A stretch of DNA of 44,523 bases, from positions 1 to 44,523 of the IMG/VR virus record IMGVR_UViG_3300035014_000030; one strand, written 5' to 3'. The stretch comes from a virus (Duplodnaviria > Caudoviricetes). The notes beneath the pieces were generated by a model. The model was given only the letters and a program-made list of their open reading frames with translations, was not told where the DNA came from and searched no databases. Within the stretch, counting starts at the first letter, position 1, and each line of letters opens with the position of its first letter. Positions 9,794 through 19,505 of this stretch are shown piece after piece. A program made the translations under genes and the position numbers.

Positions 9794-10515
9794 GCGGCCC
9801 TCCCGCTCTCGCGTTCCCAGGCCGCCACAAACCGCCCCGGCAGGCGACGCAGCCCGCGCTCCGCGGCACCGCGTACGTCGAGCCGCTTGGCGAGCTTCAC
9901 CTGGGGCAGGAGCAGGAACATCGGCACCATCCCCTGTTCCAGCAGCCCGCGTGCCCAGGCCTCGCGCCCTTTGCGATTGGCGGTGCCGACTTCCGTTACG
10001 CCGCCAGCCACGAGACGGGTGCGTCGCCGCCGGCCTGCCCCCTCGCCCTGGCGCAGCGGCAGGCACCAGACGAAGCCGCGGCCCGACTTGAAGGGCCGGA
10101 GGAAGGCCTGGCCGGAGGCGACCATCTGTGCCGGGGTCACGCGCATGCCCCTCTCGCCGCGACCACGCCTGCCGCGCGCTGCGTTGAAGCCGGTGGGAAT
10201 GGCGAGGAACTTCCGCCCCCCCTTGGTACGGATCAGCGCGCCACGATCGAAGGCGTCGATGACGTTCGGCACCTTGGTGAAGACCAGCCCCGCAGGCCGC
10301 AGAGATTGCCCGCTCCGCGGGAAGATCATCGACCGCCAGGCATTGGCGATGCCGCGCGCGTTGCCCGAGAAGGCGGTGGTGACCTGCCGGCGCAGTTCGA
10401 CCTTCACCCGCTCGGTCTCTGCACGGATCGCGGTCATGGCCGCGCGCTCGCCCGCGCGCACCTCGTCCGCCAGCACCTTGCGGAGGTCGCCGACGATGGC
10501 GGCACCGAGCCGCAT
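9790..10515 (-). CDS. Neck/tail-completion protein (DUF6441-like)
   Basis: 241 aa basic protein, FLAIPT and PMFLLLPQVKLAKRLD motifs; synteny. Confidence 0.65.
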   Translation of the reverse strand: MRLGAAIVGDLRKVLADEVRAGERAAMTAIRAETERVKVELRRQVTTAFSGNARGIANAWRSMIFPRSGQSLRPAGLVFTKVPNVIDAFDRGALIRTKGGRKFLAIPTGFNAARGRRGRGERGMRVTPAQMVASGQAFLRPFKSGRGFVWCLPLRQGEGAGRRRRTRLVAGGVTEVGTANRKGREAWARGLLEQGMVPMFLLLPQVKLAKRLDVRGAAERGLRRLPGRFVAAWERESGRAA

Positions 10516-10518
10516 GGA

Positions 10519-10818
10519 TCAGCGTCCGCCGAATTTGCGGCTGAGGATGCGCAGCAGCAGGTCGTGGAGCGCGGCGTAGCCGAGCGTGCCGGCCAGCCAC
10601 GCGACGGCGAAGAGCCACCAGCCGTCGAGCTCGAACGCGTGCGCGATCAGCCAGGCGCCGGTGCCGAGGCTACCGCCGGCCAGCGCGTGCAGCAGATAGG
10701 CGCGGGTCAGCAGCGGCCGGTCGGTGGAGGAGAAGCGTGCCATCGCCCCGAGCGCACCCAGGGCGCCGGCGAGCAGCGCCTCGCCGATGATCGTGCCGAT
10801 GCGCTCGGGGTCGATCAT
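10519..10818 (-). CDS. Putative holin
   Basis: 99 aa, about three hydrophobic segments, basic C-terminus (RILSRKFGGR), near the endolysin-like gene. Confidence 0.6.
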   Translation of the reverse strand: MIDPERIGTIIGEALLAGALGALGAMARFSSTDRPLLTRAYLLHALAGGSLGTGAWLIAHAFELDGWWLFAVAWLAGTLGYAALHDLLLRILSRKFGGR

Positions 10819-10828
10819 GGCGGGGCTC

Positions 10829-11137
10829 CTATCGGCGGCAGAAGACGCGCCAGGCGATGCCGGCGGCGTCACGCTCGGCGTGCTGGACGGTCAGGGTGTC
10901 GGCGCCGAGGGTGAAGGTGTCGTCGGCATCCACTGTGGGCAGCACGGCGATCGCGACGGTCAGCACGTCGCTGGCCTGGATAACGCTGGTCCCGAAGGCG
11001 TCGCCGAGCCGGTCCGGTGCCGAGCGGATCACGCGGAGCAGCACCGGCGCCCCGGTCCCCCCTGCGCGATAGCTGGCATCCGTGCCGATGTTCGGATCCG
11101 CGGCCAGCGTGTCCATGGCCGCGGCGAAGGCGCTCAT
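10829..11137 (-). CDS. Head-tail joining protein (FII-like)
   Basis: Start MSAFAAAMDTLAADPNIG (ATGA overlap); 102 aa; synteny. Confidence 0.7.
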   Translation of the reverse strand: MSAFAAAMDTLAADPNIGTDASYRAGGTGAPVLLRVIRSAPDRLGDAFGTSVIQASDVLTVAIAVLPTVDADDTFTLGADTLTVQHAERDAAGIAWRVFCRR

Positions 11138-11772
11138 GCTGGCCGCCGCAGCCGCCAGGCGAGCACGCCGACCACCGCAGCGACGATGACCGCAATGGCG
11201 ACGGCGGGCGCCAGCGTGCCGAGCGCCTGGATGGCCGGCGCCGCCTGCGCCACAGCGGTGGCGATGCCGGCCGCGCCAACCAGCACCGCGCCGCGGCCCG
11301 TGCCTGTGACGGCGGCGACCTCCCGCAGCGTCACGGGCGGCGCGGGCGGGACACCGGCGAGCGTCAGCGCGCGATCGATGACGCCGGCCGGATAGGCCAG
11401 CCCCGCGCATTCATGGTGGATGATCGCCTCAACCAGCGGGCGTAGGTGATCGTGCCGGTGCAGGTCGATCGTATCATCCGGCCCGACGCCGATGCGCCCC
11501 GCCACCACCGCGATATAGGCCGCGGTGTCGTTCTCCACCTTCGGTGCCCAGCGCTCGATGATCGCGCGCGGCGTCCGCAGCTTGTGCCGGTCCTGGTAGG
11601 TGACCAGCAGCGCCGCCAGGGCACGGATGCCGAGTTCGTGGCTGGTGAAGCGGCAGAAGCGCCCATCGGAGGGGGGCTCAGAGAGGCCCTGCCACTTGTT
11701 GGCCGGGACATGCTCGATGTTCCCCGGATTGCGGTTGCGATAGCCCCGCGTGGCCTTGGGATCGAGGCTCAT
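11134..11772 (-). CDS. Putative endolysin / lysozyme-like muramidase with C-terminal hydrophobic helices
   Basis: RGYRNRNPGNI, IERWAPKVENDTAAY and AIIHHE motifs; hydrophobic C-terminus. Confidence 0.7.
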   Translation of the reverse strand: MSLDPKATRGYRNRNPGNIEHVPANKWQGLSEPPSDGRFCRFTSHELGIRALAALLVTYQDRHKLRTPRAIIERWAPKVENDTAAYIAVVAGRIGVGPDDTIDLHRHDHLRPLVEAIIHHECAGLAYPAGVIDRALTLAGVPPAPPVTLREVAAVTGTGRGAVLVGAAGIATAVAQAAPAIQALGTLAPAVAIAVIVAAVVGVLAWRLRRPA

Positions 11773-12116
11773 GCGCCGGCCGCCGGGACACGCAGCAGCA
11801 CGGCGCGGACGGTGGCGTCCGCGGCCAGCGCCGCCACCGTGGCGAGGCCCACCTGGAAATTGCCGGTGGCCGTGGTGGTGAGGCGCCGGTTGGTGTTGTC
11901 CCAGAAGAGCCGGGCGCCGGCGGTGATCGCCAGTGCGGGTTCCTTGGTGATATCGAAGACGCCCTTGGTCTGACATTCGATGACGGCGTTCTGCACGCCA
12001 TCGACGGCTGCCACGCCGAAGAGGGCGCCGACTAGGACGCCCTGGCCGGAGGTGACGCCGCCGGCATAGGGGACGGCGAGAGCCAGGCTGTCGCCGGGCT
12101 GCACATAGTTGCGCAT
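11769..12116 (-). CDS. DUF2190-like capsid cement/decoration protein
   Basis: MRNYVQPGDSL...GVLVGALFGVA...GVFDI; follows the capsid gene. Confidence 0.85.
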   Translation of the reverse strand: MRNYVQPGDSLALAVPYAGGVTSGQGVLVGALFGVAAVDGVQNAVIECQTKGVFDITKEPALAITAGARLFWDNTNRRLTTTATGNFQVGLATVAALAADATVRAVLLRVPAAGA

Positions 12117-12137
12117 GGGGATGAGGTCTCCAGAAAC

Positions 12138-12167
12138 GCAGAAGGCGTCCCGAAGGACGCCCTCTGC
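12138..12167 (-). terminator. Hairpin with C(UUCG)G tetraloop after the capsid gene
   Basis: Minus strand GCAGAGGGCGTCC-TTCG-GGACGCCTTCTGC followed by GTTTCT. Confidence 0.65.
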
Positions 12168-12207
12168 ATGGATCGATGATGGTTGGACTTACGGGTGGCG
12201 GTGGGGA

Positions 12208-14283
12208 TCAGGTGCCCGGGTTGAACCAGGCGCCGCGCCAGTCGATGGCGCCGACCCCGAAGTCGAAGATCACCGACACCTCGACGCCATCCACGCCCTG
12301 GACATTTCCGGTGGTGACCTGCGGCCCTTCGGCGCCGTTGAGGTAGCCGTAGACGTAGACCGGTGCGGCCATCGGATCCGAGAAGAGATACCAGCGGTTG
12401 TTCGGGATCAGCGGCTCGACCAACGGCTGCACGAAGCCGGCGTAGACGTTGGCGTTGCTGGTCTGCGTCGCCTGCACCGACACTGTCAGCTGCCGCGCCG
12501 CGAGTTCCTGGTTCGGGCCGACCAGCAGGCGCATCTGCGCGCCGACGGCGATCGGCAGGCCGTCGAGGGTCTTCTGGCGCATCACCGCGGCCCGGCCGAG
12601 GGCCAGGTTCGGCAGGTCGAGCGCGGTGCCCGCACCCGCCTTGTTGGCCCGGGCCGCCGCGGTGCCGAACACCGCCGCGGCACCGGTGATGAGCGTGGGG
12701 CCGTCGCCGGCGGCGCTGTTCACCAGGGCATAGGCGGTGGCGTTCTCGAAGTCGGCGACGCGCCGGCCGATCATGCTGGCGAAGTCGGTGAAGGCGCCGA
12801 GGTCGTCGTTCACCAGCATCTGCCGCGTGACGCGGATGCGCCGGGCGAAGGTCTGCAGGAAGACCAGCTCCTGGCTCTCGGACATGGTGCCGGCCTGCAC
12901 CTCGCCGTTCTCCGACAGCGGCAGCAGCGTCGGGAAGTCACCGACACGCAGGTGGCGGTGCGGCTTGAAGTCGCGGAAATCACGCCGGAGGAACAGCGTC
13001 CGGTAGGTGGGTGCGGCCGGTGCATAGGCCGCCAGCAGCATCTTGTTGGCCGCGGCCGAGAGCAGCGCGGGGAAGTCGCTGGTGGTGTGGAAGGCGCGCT
13101 CGGCCAGGATGGTCGGGTTGCGCGGGACGTTGCGCTCGCCGCGGGCGCGCAGCAGTTCGCCGATCATGTCGGACGGGCGCCAGCCCAGGAACTCGGTGTG
13201 GCGACCGGTGGCCGGCGCCTGGTAGCCGGGCATGGTGCGGGCGGCGAGCGCTTCGGCCATGGCGTCGAGGAGCTGCGACGGGTCCTCGTTGGAGGGGCCG
13301 GTGTCCGGCCGCGCCGGCAGGGAGGGGCGTGCGGCACCGCTGGTGAAGGCCTCCCACAGTCGGCCGCGCAGCACCTCGGGCGAGACGCGGTCGCGGATGG
13401 CGGCCTCGCGCATGGTGTCGAGCATGTCGGCGGTTACCAGACCGCGGGCGGCGGCCAGCACCGGCTCATAGCCGGCGATGCGCTCGACCGCGGCGCGTTC
13501 CGCCTCGGCCCGGATGGCCTCGAGATCGGGCGCCGCCGGCGCGGCACGGGTCGGTTCGGGCGGAGAGGTGGTGGTCACGGGGTTCTCCTGGTGCGGGATG
13601 GTGGGCGGCGCGGGCGGCGCCGGCGCGGGATCCGGCGAAGCCGGCGTCGTCTCGGGCATGGGTGTGTCCTCTGGGATGGTCAGGGCGGGTTCGATGGCGG
13701 TGGCGGGGGTGCCCTGGTCCCCCTCGCCACGGATCACGGCCAGGCCATCCACCGGGACGGGCACGATCGAGATTTCGTAGGGCTCCCAATCCACGGCGCG
13801 GTGGATGGTCTGGCCGGTGGCAGCATCGGGCCGTGGGTCGTAGCGATGCACCCGGTAACCGACGCTGACAGACTGCAGCGTGCCGTCGGCCACGCGCTGC
13901 CAGACCGGCTCCACGTCGTCCGCGCCGCTGAATTGAAGGGTGGCGTAGCCGCGGCCGGCCTCGAGGCGCGCGGCGGTGACACGGCCCAGAACGTCACGCG
14001 TGCCGGCGCGCCGGTGGGTGTCCAGCACCGGTGCGCGACCGGAGCGCAGCGCATCCATGCGCACCGCGGAGGGTGCCATGTCGAGCTCTTCGAGGATCGG
14101 CCCATAGGGCGGCACGAAGTTGCGGGCCCGCGCGCCGGTGGACCACACCACCTCGACGGTGCGGGCCGCCCGATTGACGGTGACGGGCGCGGCGAGCGCG
14201 CGGCAGGCGGTGATCGACTGCCCAGCGTCGGGCATTCGATCCGGCGCGGGGCTAGGCCCCTCCGGTTCGATCGGCTCGGTCAT
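12208..14283 (-). CDS. Prohead protease-major capsid protein fusion
   Basis: N-terminal protease (PVLDTH, SVSVGYRV, WEPYEISIVPVP), Pro-rich linker, capsid domain (HTTSDFP...DFGVGAIDWRG). Confidence 0.92.
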   Translation of the reverse strand: MTEPIEPEGPSPAPDRMPDAGQSITACRALAAPVTVNRAARTVEVVWSTGARARNFVPPYGPILEELDMAPSAVRMDALRSGRAPVLDTHRRAGTRDVLGRVTAARLEAGRGYATLQFSGADDVEPVWQRVADGTLQSVSVGYRVHRYDPRPDAATGQTIHRAVDWEPYEISIVPVPVDGLAVIRGEGDQGTPATAIEPALTIPEDTPMPETTPASPDPAPAPPAPPTIPHQENPVTTTSPPEPTRAAPAAPDLEAIRAEAERAAVERIAGYEPVLAAARGLVTADMLDTMREAAIRDRVSPEVLRGRLWEAFTSGAARPSLPARPDTGPSNEDPSQLLDAMAEALAARTMPGYQAPATGRHTEFLGWRPSDMIGELLRARGERNVPRNPTILAERAFHTTSDFPALLSAAANKMLLAAYAPAAPTYRTLFLRRDFRDFKPHRHLRVGDFPTLLPLSENGEVQAGTMSESQELVFLQTFARRIRVTRQMLVNDDLGAFTDFASMIGRRVADFENATAYALVNSAAGDGPTLITGAAAVFGTAAARANKAGAGTALDLPNLALGRAAVMRQKTLDGLPIAVGAQMRLLVGPNQELAARQLTVSVQATQTSNANVYAGFVQPLVEPLIPNNRWYLFSDPMAAPVYVYGYLNGAEGPQVTTGNVQGVDGVEVSVIFDFGVGAIDWRGAWFNPGT

Positions 14284-14307
14284 GGATGTGCTCCTGGCGC
14301 GGCGCCG

Positions 14308-15801
14308 TTACGGCGCGGCGAAGCCCTGCGCGTTGACGTAGAGCTGCGCGCCGGTGGTGATGCAGGCGACGTTCATCGCCGTGGCGGCGGTCCCGCGCAG
14401 CGGGGTGGGAAAGGTGATCTCGACCGGGGCCGCCATCGTCGCCGGCAGCAGCTGACGCCAGATCACGGTGGCGCCGTCCTTGATGACCACCTCCGTCGCG
14501 ACTGTCGCGTGCGCGTTGCGGATATCGATCGAGGTGACGTAGTTCCGGATGCCGGCCGCTGCGGCTGCCCGGAGCACCACGTCGGTGGTGTTGATGATCC
14601 CACCCGCGGCGGCAGCATACTGCCAGTCCGCCTCAGGGATCGCGTAGGGCTTGATTACCAGCGCGCCGATCAGCGTCGCCAGCAGGTCCACGCCACGCGC
14701 GGTGGTGACGGCGACCGGATTGGCCGAGTAGCCGGTGGCCGCCAGCACCGGCAGCGCGCCGCTGGTACCGCGGGCCTGGCCGCCTACGGGCGTGACGGCC
14801 GGCGGGATGGTGCTGAGCACGTTCACGCCCAGCCCCTGGCCCGCGACCGACTGGCCGCGGCCGGCGGTGATCTCCGTCGTCAGCTCGGCATAGTCTGCGA
14901 TGGTGACGAACTGGACCCTGATGTCGGTGTTCGAGGCCGGCGCCAGGTTTCGGCTGACCGAGGCCCAGCCGGTGTTCAGATAGGCGCCGGTGAAGTTCGA
15001 GCCGACCAGGTCGAAGCTGTTCGCGTCGATCACCGTAATGGTGAAACTGCCATTCGCCCCGGGCACGCCCGACACGTCCGCCACCGTGACCACGTCGTTC
15101 GTCGCGAAGCCATGCGCGGCACGGGTGACGCGCACCGCGCCGCCGCCGTTGTTCGCCACCGCCGAGATGCCGTTGATCACCTGCCGGTTCCGCACCCGGA
15201 TCCGGAACCGATACAGCGCATTCGGCTCGGGAATCTGCTGGTGGCGAACATAGGAGTTCGAGCGCGCTGCCGTGGTGTCGAGCAGCCGGCCGTGGAAGTA
15301 GCATTCGTCATTGGTCGGCTCGAGTTCCAGCACCGACCAGCCGGCCGGGGCCGTGGTCGGGATGGTGCTGCCGGAGGTGCTGCCGAGACGCGGAGCGCCC
15401 TCGCTCTGGACTTCGTAATTCGCGAGAGTCGCACTGGCCCCGTCCAGCCGCCAGGCCGCCGCGCTGCGCCCGTCCGGCTGGGCGGTGGTCGGATCGATGC
15501 TGACCAGCTCGAGCCAGACCGACTGGCCGACGATCCGCTGGCTCATGTTCACCGCCACCATGACCCGCAGCGGGATGGTGAAGGTGGTCCGGCTGGTGAG
15601 CGTCAATTCGTCGTCGAGCGTGGTGCCGGTGGAGATGGTGACGGCGCCATCCGCCACGGTGTGGGTGATACCGCCGCCGCTGGCCGCGATCTCCCACCGC
15701 GCCGGGTTGATCTCGGCACCGTTGAAGCTGTCGCGGAACTTCTTCTGCATGCTCTTGATCTTGAGCATGTCGTCGGTCCAGTCGTAGGCGCCTGCGATCA
15801 T
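14308..15801 (-). CDS. Uncharacterised beta-rich virion protein (possible head fibre/spike)
   Basis: 497 aa, Thr/Ala/Val-rich; ATGA overlap with portal; internal AHGFATNDVVTV...ANGSFTITVIDANSF segment resembling E1-FCCH-like domains. Confidence 0.6.
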   Translation of the reverse strand: MIAGAYDWTDDMLKIKSMQKKFRDSFNGAEINPARWEIAASGGGITHTVADGAVTISTGTTLDDELTLTSRTTFTIPLRVMVAVNMSQRIVGQSVWLELVSIDPTTAQPDGRSAAAWRLDGASATLANYEVQSEGAPRLGSTSGSTIPTTAPAGWSVLELEPTNDECYFHGRLLDTTAARSNSYVRHQQIPEPNALYRFRIRVRNRQVINGISAVANNGGGAVRVTRAAHGFATNDVVTVADVSGVPGANGSFTITVIDANSFDLVGSNFTGAYLNTGWASVSRNLAPASNTDIRVQFVTIADYAELTTEITAGRGQSVAGQGLGVNVLSTIPPAVTPVGGQARGTSGALPVLAATGYSANPVAVTTARGVDLLATLIGALVIKPYAIPEADWQYAAAAGGIINTTDVVLRAAAAAGIRNYVTSIDIRNAHATVATEVVIKDGATVIWRQLLPATMAAPVEITFPTPLRGTAATAMNVACITTGAQLYVNAQGFAAP

Positions 15802-17288
15802 GGCTGTGCTCCTGGGGCAGCGCCTGCATCCGCACGCGGCGAAGCGGCACCGGTGGCGGCGATTTCGATGGCGGCGAGCTGGGCCGCGTCCTGGGCGGCG
15901 CCGGACTTGGCGACGCGGCGTGGATCGCTGTCGAGGGAGAGGCCCGCCTCGTCGAGCAGGGCATTGGCCTCGCGGATCATCTCGACGACCTGGCGGAAGT
16001 CGTAGCCAAAGGCACCGACCGCCTCGGGCTGCGGCACGAAGCCTGCCCGAACCTGCGCGATCAGCGCGGTCGTGTCCTTCAGCGGGTCAATCATCTCGTG
16101 GGCGGGCGGGACGTGGGACAGGCCGTCCGGCACCTCCGCACCCCAAAGCCCAAGCAGCGCACCCTGGGCGTGGAAGCGGTCCGCGATCGGCCGCACCAGC
16201 ATCGGGATCAGCATGCCGTACTGCACCTGCTCGCAGAGGCGGCGGAATTCGATCTTGCCGGCGCGCAGGCTGGAGTAGTTCGCCTGCGTGAGGTCGCCCG
16301 CCACCTGGTCGTAGGTCAGGCCGGTGCCGACCGCCGAGGCCTCGAGCGCCCGGCGAGCGAAGGCAGCGTGGCTGCCACCGCCGGACGGGTTCACCACCTC
16401 CACGGATCCCATGCCGCGGCGATAGAGGATCATCCCGGGCTCGAAGCTCTCCACCGTGCGGCCCTGCGCGTCCCGCAGCAGGCCGGAGGCCGGGCCGGTC
16501 ATGGCCTCGTCGCCATCTTCGGAGACGACGGCGGCGAGGCAGGCCTCGATCTTGGCCTTCATCAGCAGCGCGGCTTCGTAGTCGCCGAGATCGCGCAGTC
16601 GGGTCAGCACCGGCGCCAGCCAGGAGACGTCACGCAGCTGGCCAGGGCGGCGCTTGCGGTAGATGTGCAGCACGTCGCGGGCGGGAACGCGCTGGCTGCT
16701 GAGCCAGGTGGCACCACCCGGCAGAACCCAGGACGCGCCGGGATGCACGCGGTGCAGCCAGTACCCAACCGGCTCACCCGCCTCGCCCAGGCCGATGCCC
16801 TGGAGGGTGGGGACGCCCTCGATGACGCCCTGACGGGCCGCGTCGAGGTGGTCGCTCTCCAGCACCTGCAGGCGCAGGCCGATCGGATTGGCGGACGTGA
16901 TGTCGGCCGGCAGCAGCCGGACGAAGCATTCGCCGCTCTCCACCACCGCGCGCATGGCCAGCGCCTGGAGGCCATAGAGGTCGAGCCGGCCCTCGGCGTC
17001 GCAGGCGGTGCTGTCGGACCAGCGCCGCCAGGCCTCGGCATGGGGCTTGTCCGGCCAGCGGGTGGTGATCCCCGCACCGACGGCATTGCCTGTCCAGAGA
17101 TCGACGATGCGGGCGGCGTATGGGTCGTTGCGGACGGCGTCGCGGGCCCGGCGTGCCACCGTGGGGGCGGCAGCGCCGACTTCCGCTGTCGCGCTGCCGC
17201 CAGAGGCGGCCCAGCTCGAGGCGCGGCTGTCCTGGGCGGCGGCATAGCCACGCAGCGCGTACCAGGCATCTCGTAGACGCCCCATCAC
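15798..17288 (-). CDS. Portal protein, lambda family
   Basis: RARDAVRND, RPGQLRDVSWLAP, GDLTQANYSSLRAG and IDPLKD motifs. Confidence 0.95.
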   Translation of the reverse strand: MMGRLRDAWYALRGYAAAQDSRASSWAASGGSATAEVGAAAPTVARRARDAVRNDPYAARIVDLWTGNAVGAGITTRWPDKPHAEAWRRWSDSTACDAEGRLDLYGLQALAMRAVVESGECFVRLLPADITSANPIGLRLQVLESDHLDAARQGVIEGVPTLQGIGLGEAGEPVGYWLHRVHPGASWVLPGGATWLSSQRVPARDVLHIYRKRRPGQLRDVSWLAPVLTRLRDLGDYEAALLMKAKIEACLAAVVSEDGDEAMTGPASGLLRDAQGRTVESFEPGMILYRRGMGSVEVVNPSGGGSHAAFARRALEASAVGTGLTYDQVAGDLTQANYSSLRAGKIEFRRLCEQVQYGMLIPMLVRPIADRFHAQGALLGLWGAEVPDGLSHVPPAHEMIDPLKDTTALIAQVRAGFVPQPEAVGAFGYDFRQVVEMIREANALLDEAGLSLDSDPRRVAKSGAAQDAAQLAAIEIAATGAASPRADAGAAPGAQP

Positions 17289-17521
17289 TTGGTTCCCTCG
17301 CGAGAGAAGCTGGCGAAGGTGACGCTGGGGCGGCGCGCCGCGGCGTTCTCGGCGGCGTGGAGGACGGACAGCGCGCGGCCGAGCTCATCGAGGGAGCGGT
17401 ATTCCACCGTGCGGCCATCGAAGGTCACGCGCGTGGTACCGCCGGTGAAGGCAGCCGCGAGGACGGCGGCGCGGGTGCCAGCGGGCTGCGCCAGCGCCCA
17501 AGCGAGGACGGTCGGATCCAT
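17285..17521 (-). CDS. gpW-like head-tail adaptor
   Basis: 78 aa; GTTRVTFDGRTVEYRSLDEL; between terminase and portal. Confidence 0.8.
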   Translation of the reverse strand: MDPTVLAWALAQPAGTRAAVLAAAFTGGTTRVTFDGRTVEYRSLDELGRALSVLHAAENAAARRPSVTFASFSREGTK

Positions 17522-17534
17522 GCGCGTCCTCCTT

Positions 17535-19505
17535 TCAGCGAAGCCAGCCGTTGCGGGGCGCGAGCCAGCCGCGTGGGCGTTGGGTGTCAGTCGCGACCTG
17601 CGGCAGCGATGGAGGAGCGACATTCCCGCCGGCGGGAATCTCGCCTGCCGGCAGCGACAGCGCATCCGCCATCCGCGCCCAACGCCCGTCGCCCCAGCCA
17701 TCCATGCCGAGAGCGGCTGCAGCAGCGCGAGCATAGACCCGGCAGTCCAGCGCCTCGTTCCGTTCCCGCGTCTTGACCCATTCCAGCCGGCGAAAGCCGT
17801 TGCGGCCGGCGCGGGCGACGAATTGCTCGGCGGTGAGCTGGCGGCAGAATTCCTCTCCGGCCGCATGCAGCGGCAGGTGGACAAAGCCTGGCGGGAACGG
17901 ATCACCGCTTTCCGCGGTCGGGCGCTCCAGCTTCAGCCAGCCGTAGGTCTCGCCCTTGAGGAAGGACGAGCCGACCGGCCAGACCTTCAGCCCGCCCAGC
18001 TTGCGGCCATTCCGCCGCACCTCCGTCGCCGAAGGCTGGCCGATCGCGGCCCGCAACCCGTCCTGGCCCTTCACGGCAATGGCGCGGCCGGCACCGGTGC
18101 GGCGCACGAAGGCATAGACCTCGGCGGTGGTCATGCCGTCGCCGCTATCGATCGCCGTCATGGCCAGCCCGAGCCGGTGGCCGGAGGCGTGCCGCCAGGT
18201 TTCGCCCAGCAGCCCCCGGAGTTCGTCCCAGACCGCCGTCTCGAAGGGGTTGCCCACCAGGATGCGGTGCTCGATCAGCCAGGACTGCCGGTCCTGCGCC
18301 CAGGCCCAGATGCTGGCCTCGAGGCGGTCGCGCTGGACGTCGACACCGGCGGTCAGCAGCAGCCCCTCGGCCGCCACCGTGCCCGGCGCCCATTCCTCGC
18401 GGCGGTCGTAGAGCCGCTGCCAATCGGGTGCCTCGCCGCTCTCCTGCCAGGTCTCTCCGAGGACCGTGTTCCGAAACGTCTTGATGGCGCGGTCGTCGCC
18501 CTGGGCTGCCTCCCAATCCCGCACCGCCTGCGACCAGGAGAACCAGCCGACCGGCGAGTAGAGTGCCGAGATGTGGAAGCCGATGGCGTGTGGATCCTGC
18601 GGGAGTGCGGTGGGACGCCACTCGCCGCCGGCCAGCATCGCTGTCTTGTGCTGCTCTCCGATCGCCCCGTCGCAGGCCTCGCAGAGATAGCGGGCGGTGT
18701 CCGGCTCGCCCTTGTCCCAGACCAGCCGCTCGAAGCGCAGCCACTGCATCGCGGCGCAATGTGGGCAGGGCAGAAAGAAGCGCCGCTGGTCGCTGGCCAG
18801 ATACTCCCGCTCGATGCGCGACAGGCCGGAAATGGTGGGCGTCGAGACCAGGAGCGTCTTGCGCCGCCAGCCGAAGGTGCGGGCGCGGGCCTCGGCCAGC
18901 GCGACCGGGTCACCCTCGCCCTCGACGTCGCCAGGATAGGCGTCCACCTCGTCGAGGAACAGGAAGCGCGCCGACATGGAGCGCAGCCCGACCGCGCTGT
19001 TGGCGCCGGTCATCACCAACTGGCCGCCGGGGAACTCCTTGCTGAGCTGGCGATTGCCGCTGTCGCGCGAACGGGCCGGCGCCACACGCTGCCGGATGGC
19101 CGGCGTCTCCTCCACCAGCGGGTCAATGCGCTGATCGGAGAAGCGTTTGGCCAGCTCGGTGGTGGGCTGCACCGCCAGCATGGGGCCGGGCGCATGGTGG
19201 ATGACGTAGCCAATCCAATTGTTGCCGCACTCCGTACCTCCGACCTGCGCGCCCTTCATGAAGACCACGCGCCGTGCCGGATGTGCCGGCGACAGGGCAT
19301 CCATCACGTCGCGCAGGTAGGGCGTGCGGTTGGTGCGCCACGGCCCGGGCTCGGCGCTGCCGCGGGAGCCGAGCATGCGATGCTTATCGGCCCAGTCCGA
19401 AACCAGAAGGGCGGGCTCGGGCGCCATGCCATCCCGCCAGGCCTGCAGGATCTCCGCGGCGCCGTCGAAGTTGCCGAGCTCGCCGATAATCTGCTCGCCG
19501 GTCAT
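17535..19505 (-). CDS. Terminase large subunit (lambda GpA family)
   Basis: Start trimmed to MTGEQ; KGAQVGGT, LFLDEVDAY, CPHC..CEAC, GVDVQ and RNEALDC motifs. Confidence 0.95.
   Translation of the reverse strand: MTGEQIIGELGNFDGAAEILQAWRDGMAPEPALLVSDWADKHRMLGSRGSAEPGPWRTNRTPYLRDVMDALSPAHPARRVVFMKGAQVGGTECGNNWIGYVIHHAPGPMLAVQPTTELAKRFSDQRIDPLVEETPAIRQRVAPARSRDSGNRQLSKEFPGGQLVMTGANSAVGLRSMSARFLFLDEVDAYPGDVEGEGDPVALAEARARTFGWRRKTLLVSTPTISGLSRIEREYLASDQRRFFLPCPHCAAMQWLRFERLVWDKGEPDTARYLCEACDGAIGEQHKTAMLAGGEWRPTALPQDPHAIGFHISALYSPVGWFSWSQAVRDWEAAQGDDRAIKTFRNTVLGETWQESGEAPDWQRLYDRREEWAPGTVAAEGLLLTAGVDVQRDRLEASIWAWAQDRQSWLIEHRILVGNPFETAVWDELRGLLGETWRHASGHRLGLAMTAIDSGDGMTTAEVYAFVRRTGAGRAIAVKGQDGLRAAIGQPSATEVRRNGRKLGGLKVWPVGSSFLKGETYGWLKLERPTAESGDPFPPGFVHLPLHAAGEEFCRQLTAEQFVARAGRNGFRRLEWVKTRERNEALDCRVYARAAAAALGMDGWGDGRWARMADALSLPAGEIPAGGNVAPPSLPQVATDTQRPRGWLAPRNGWLR

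Noticed and set aside
12109-16005. Very long plus-strand ORFs (1298 aa here; also 17289-20102, 5462-7504, 27771-29513)
   Set aside because: Antisense shadows of high-GC genes; no motifs, and fully overlap recognisable phage genes
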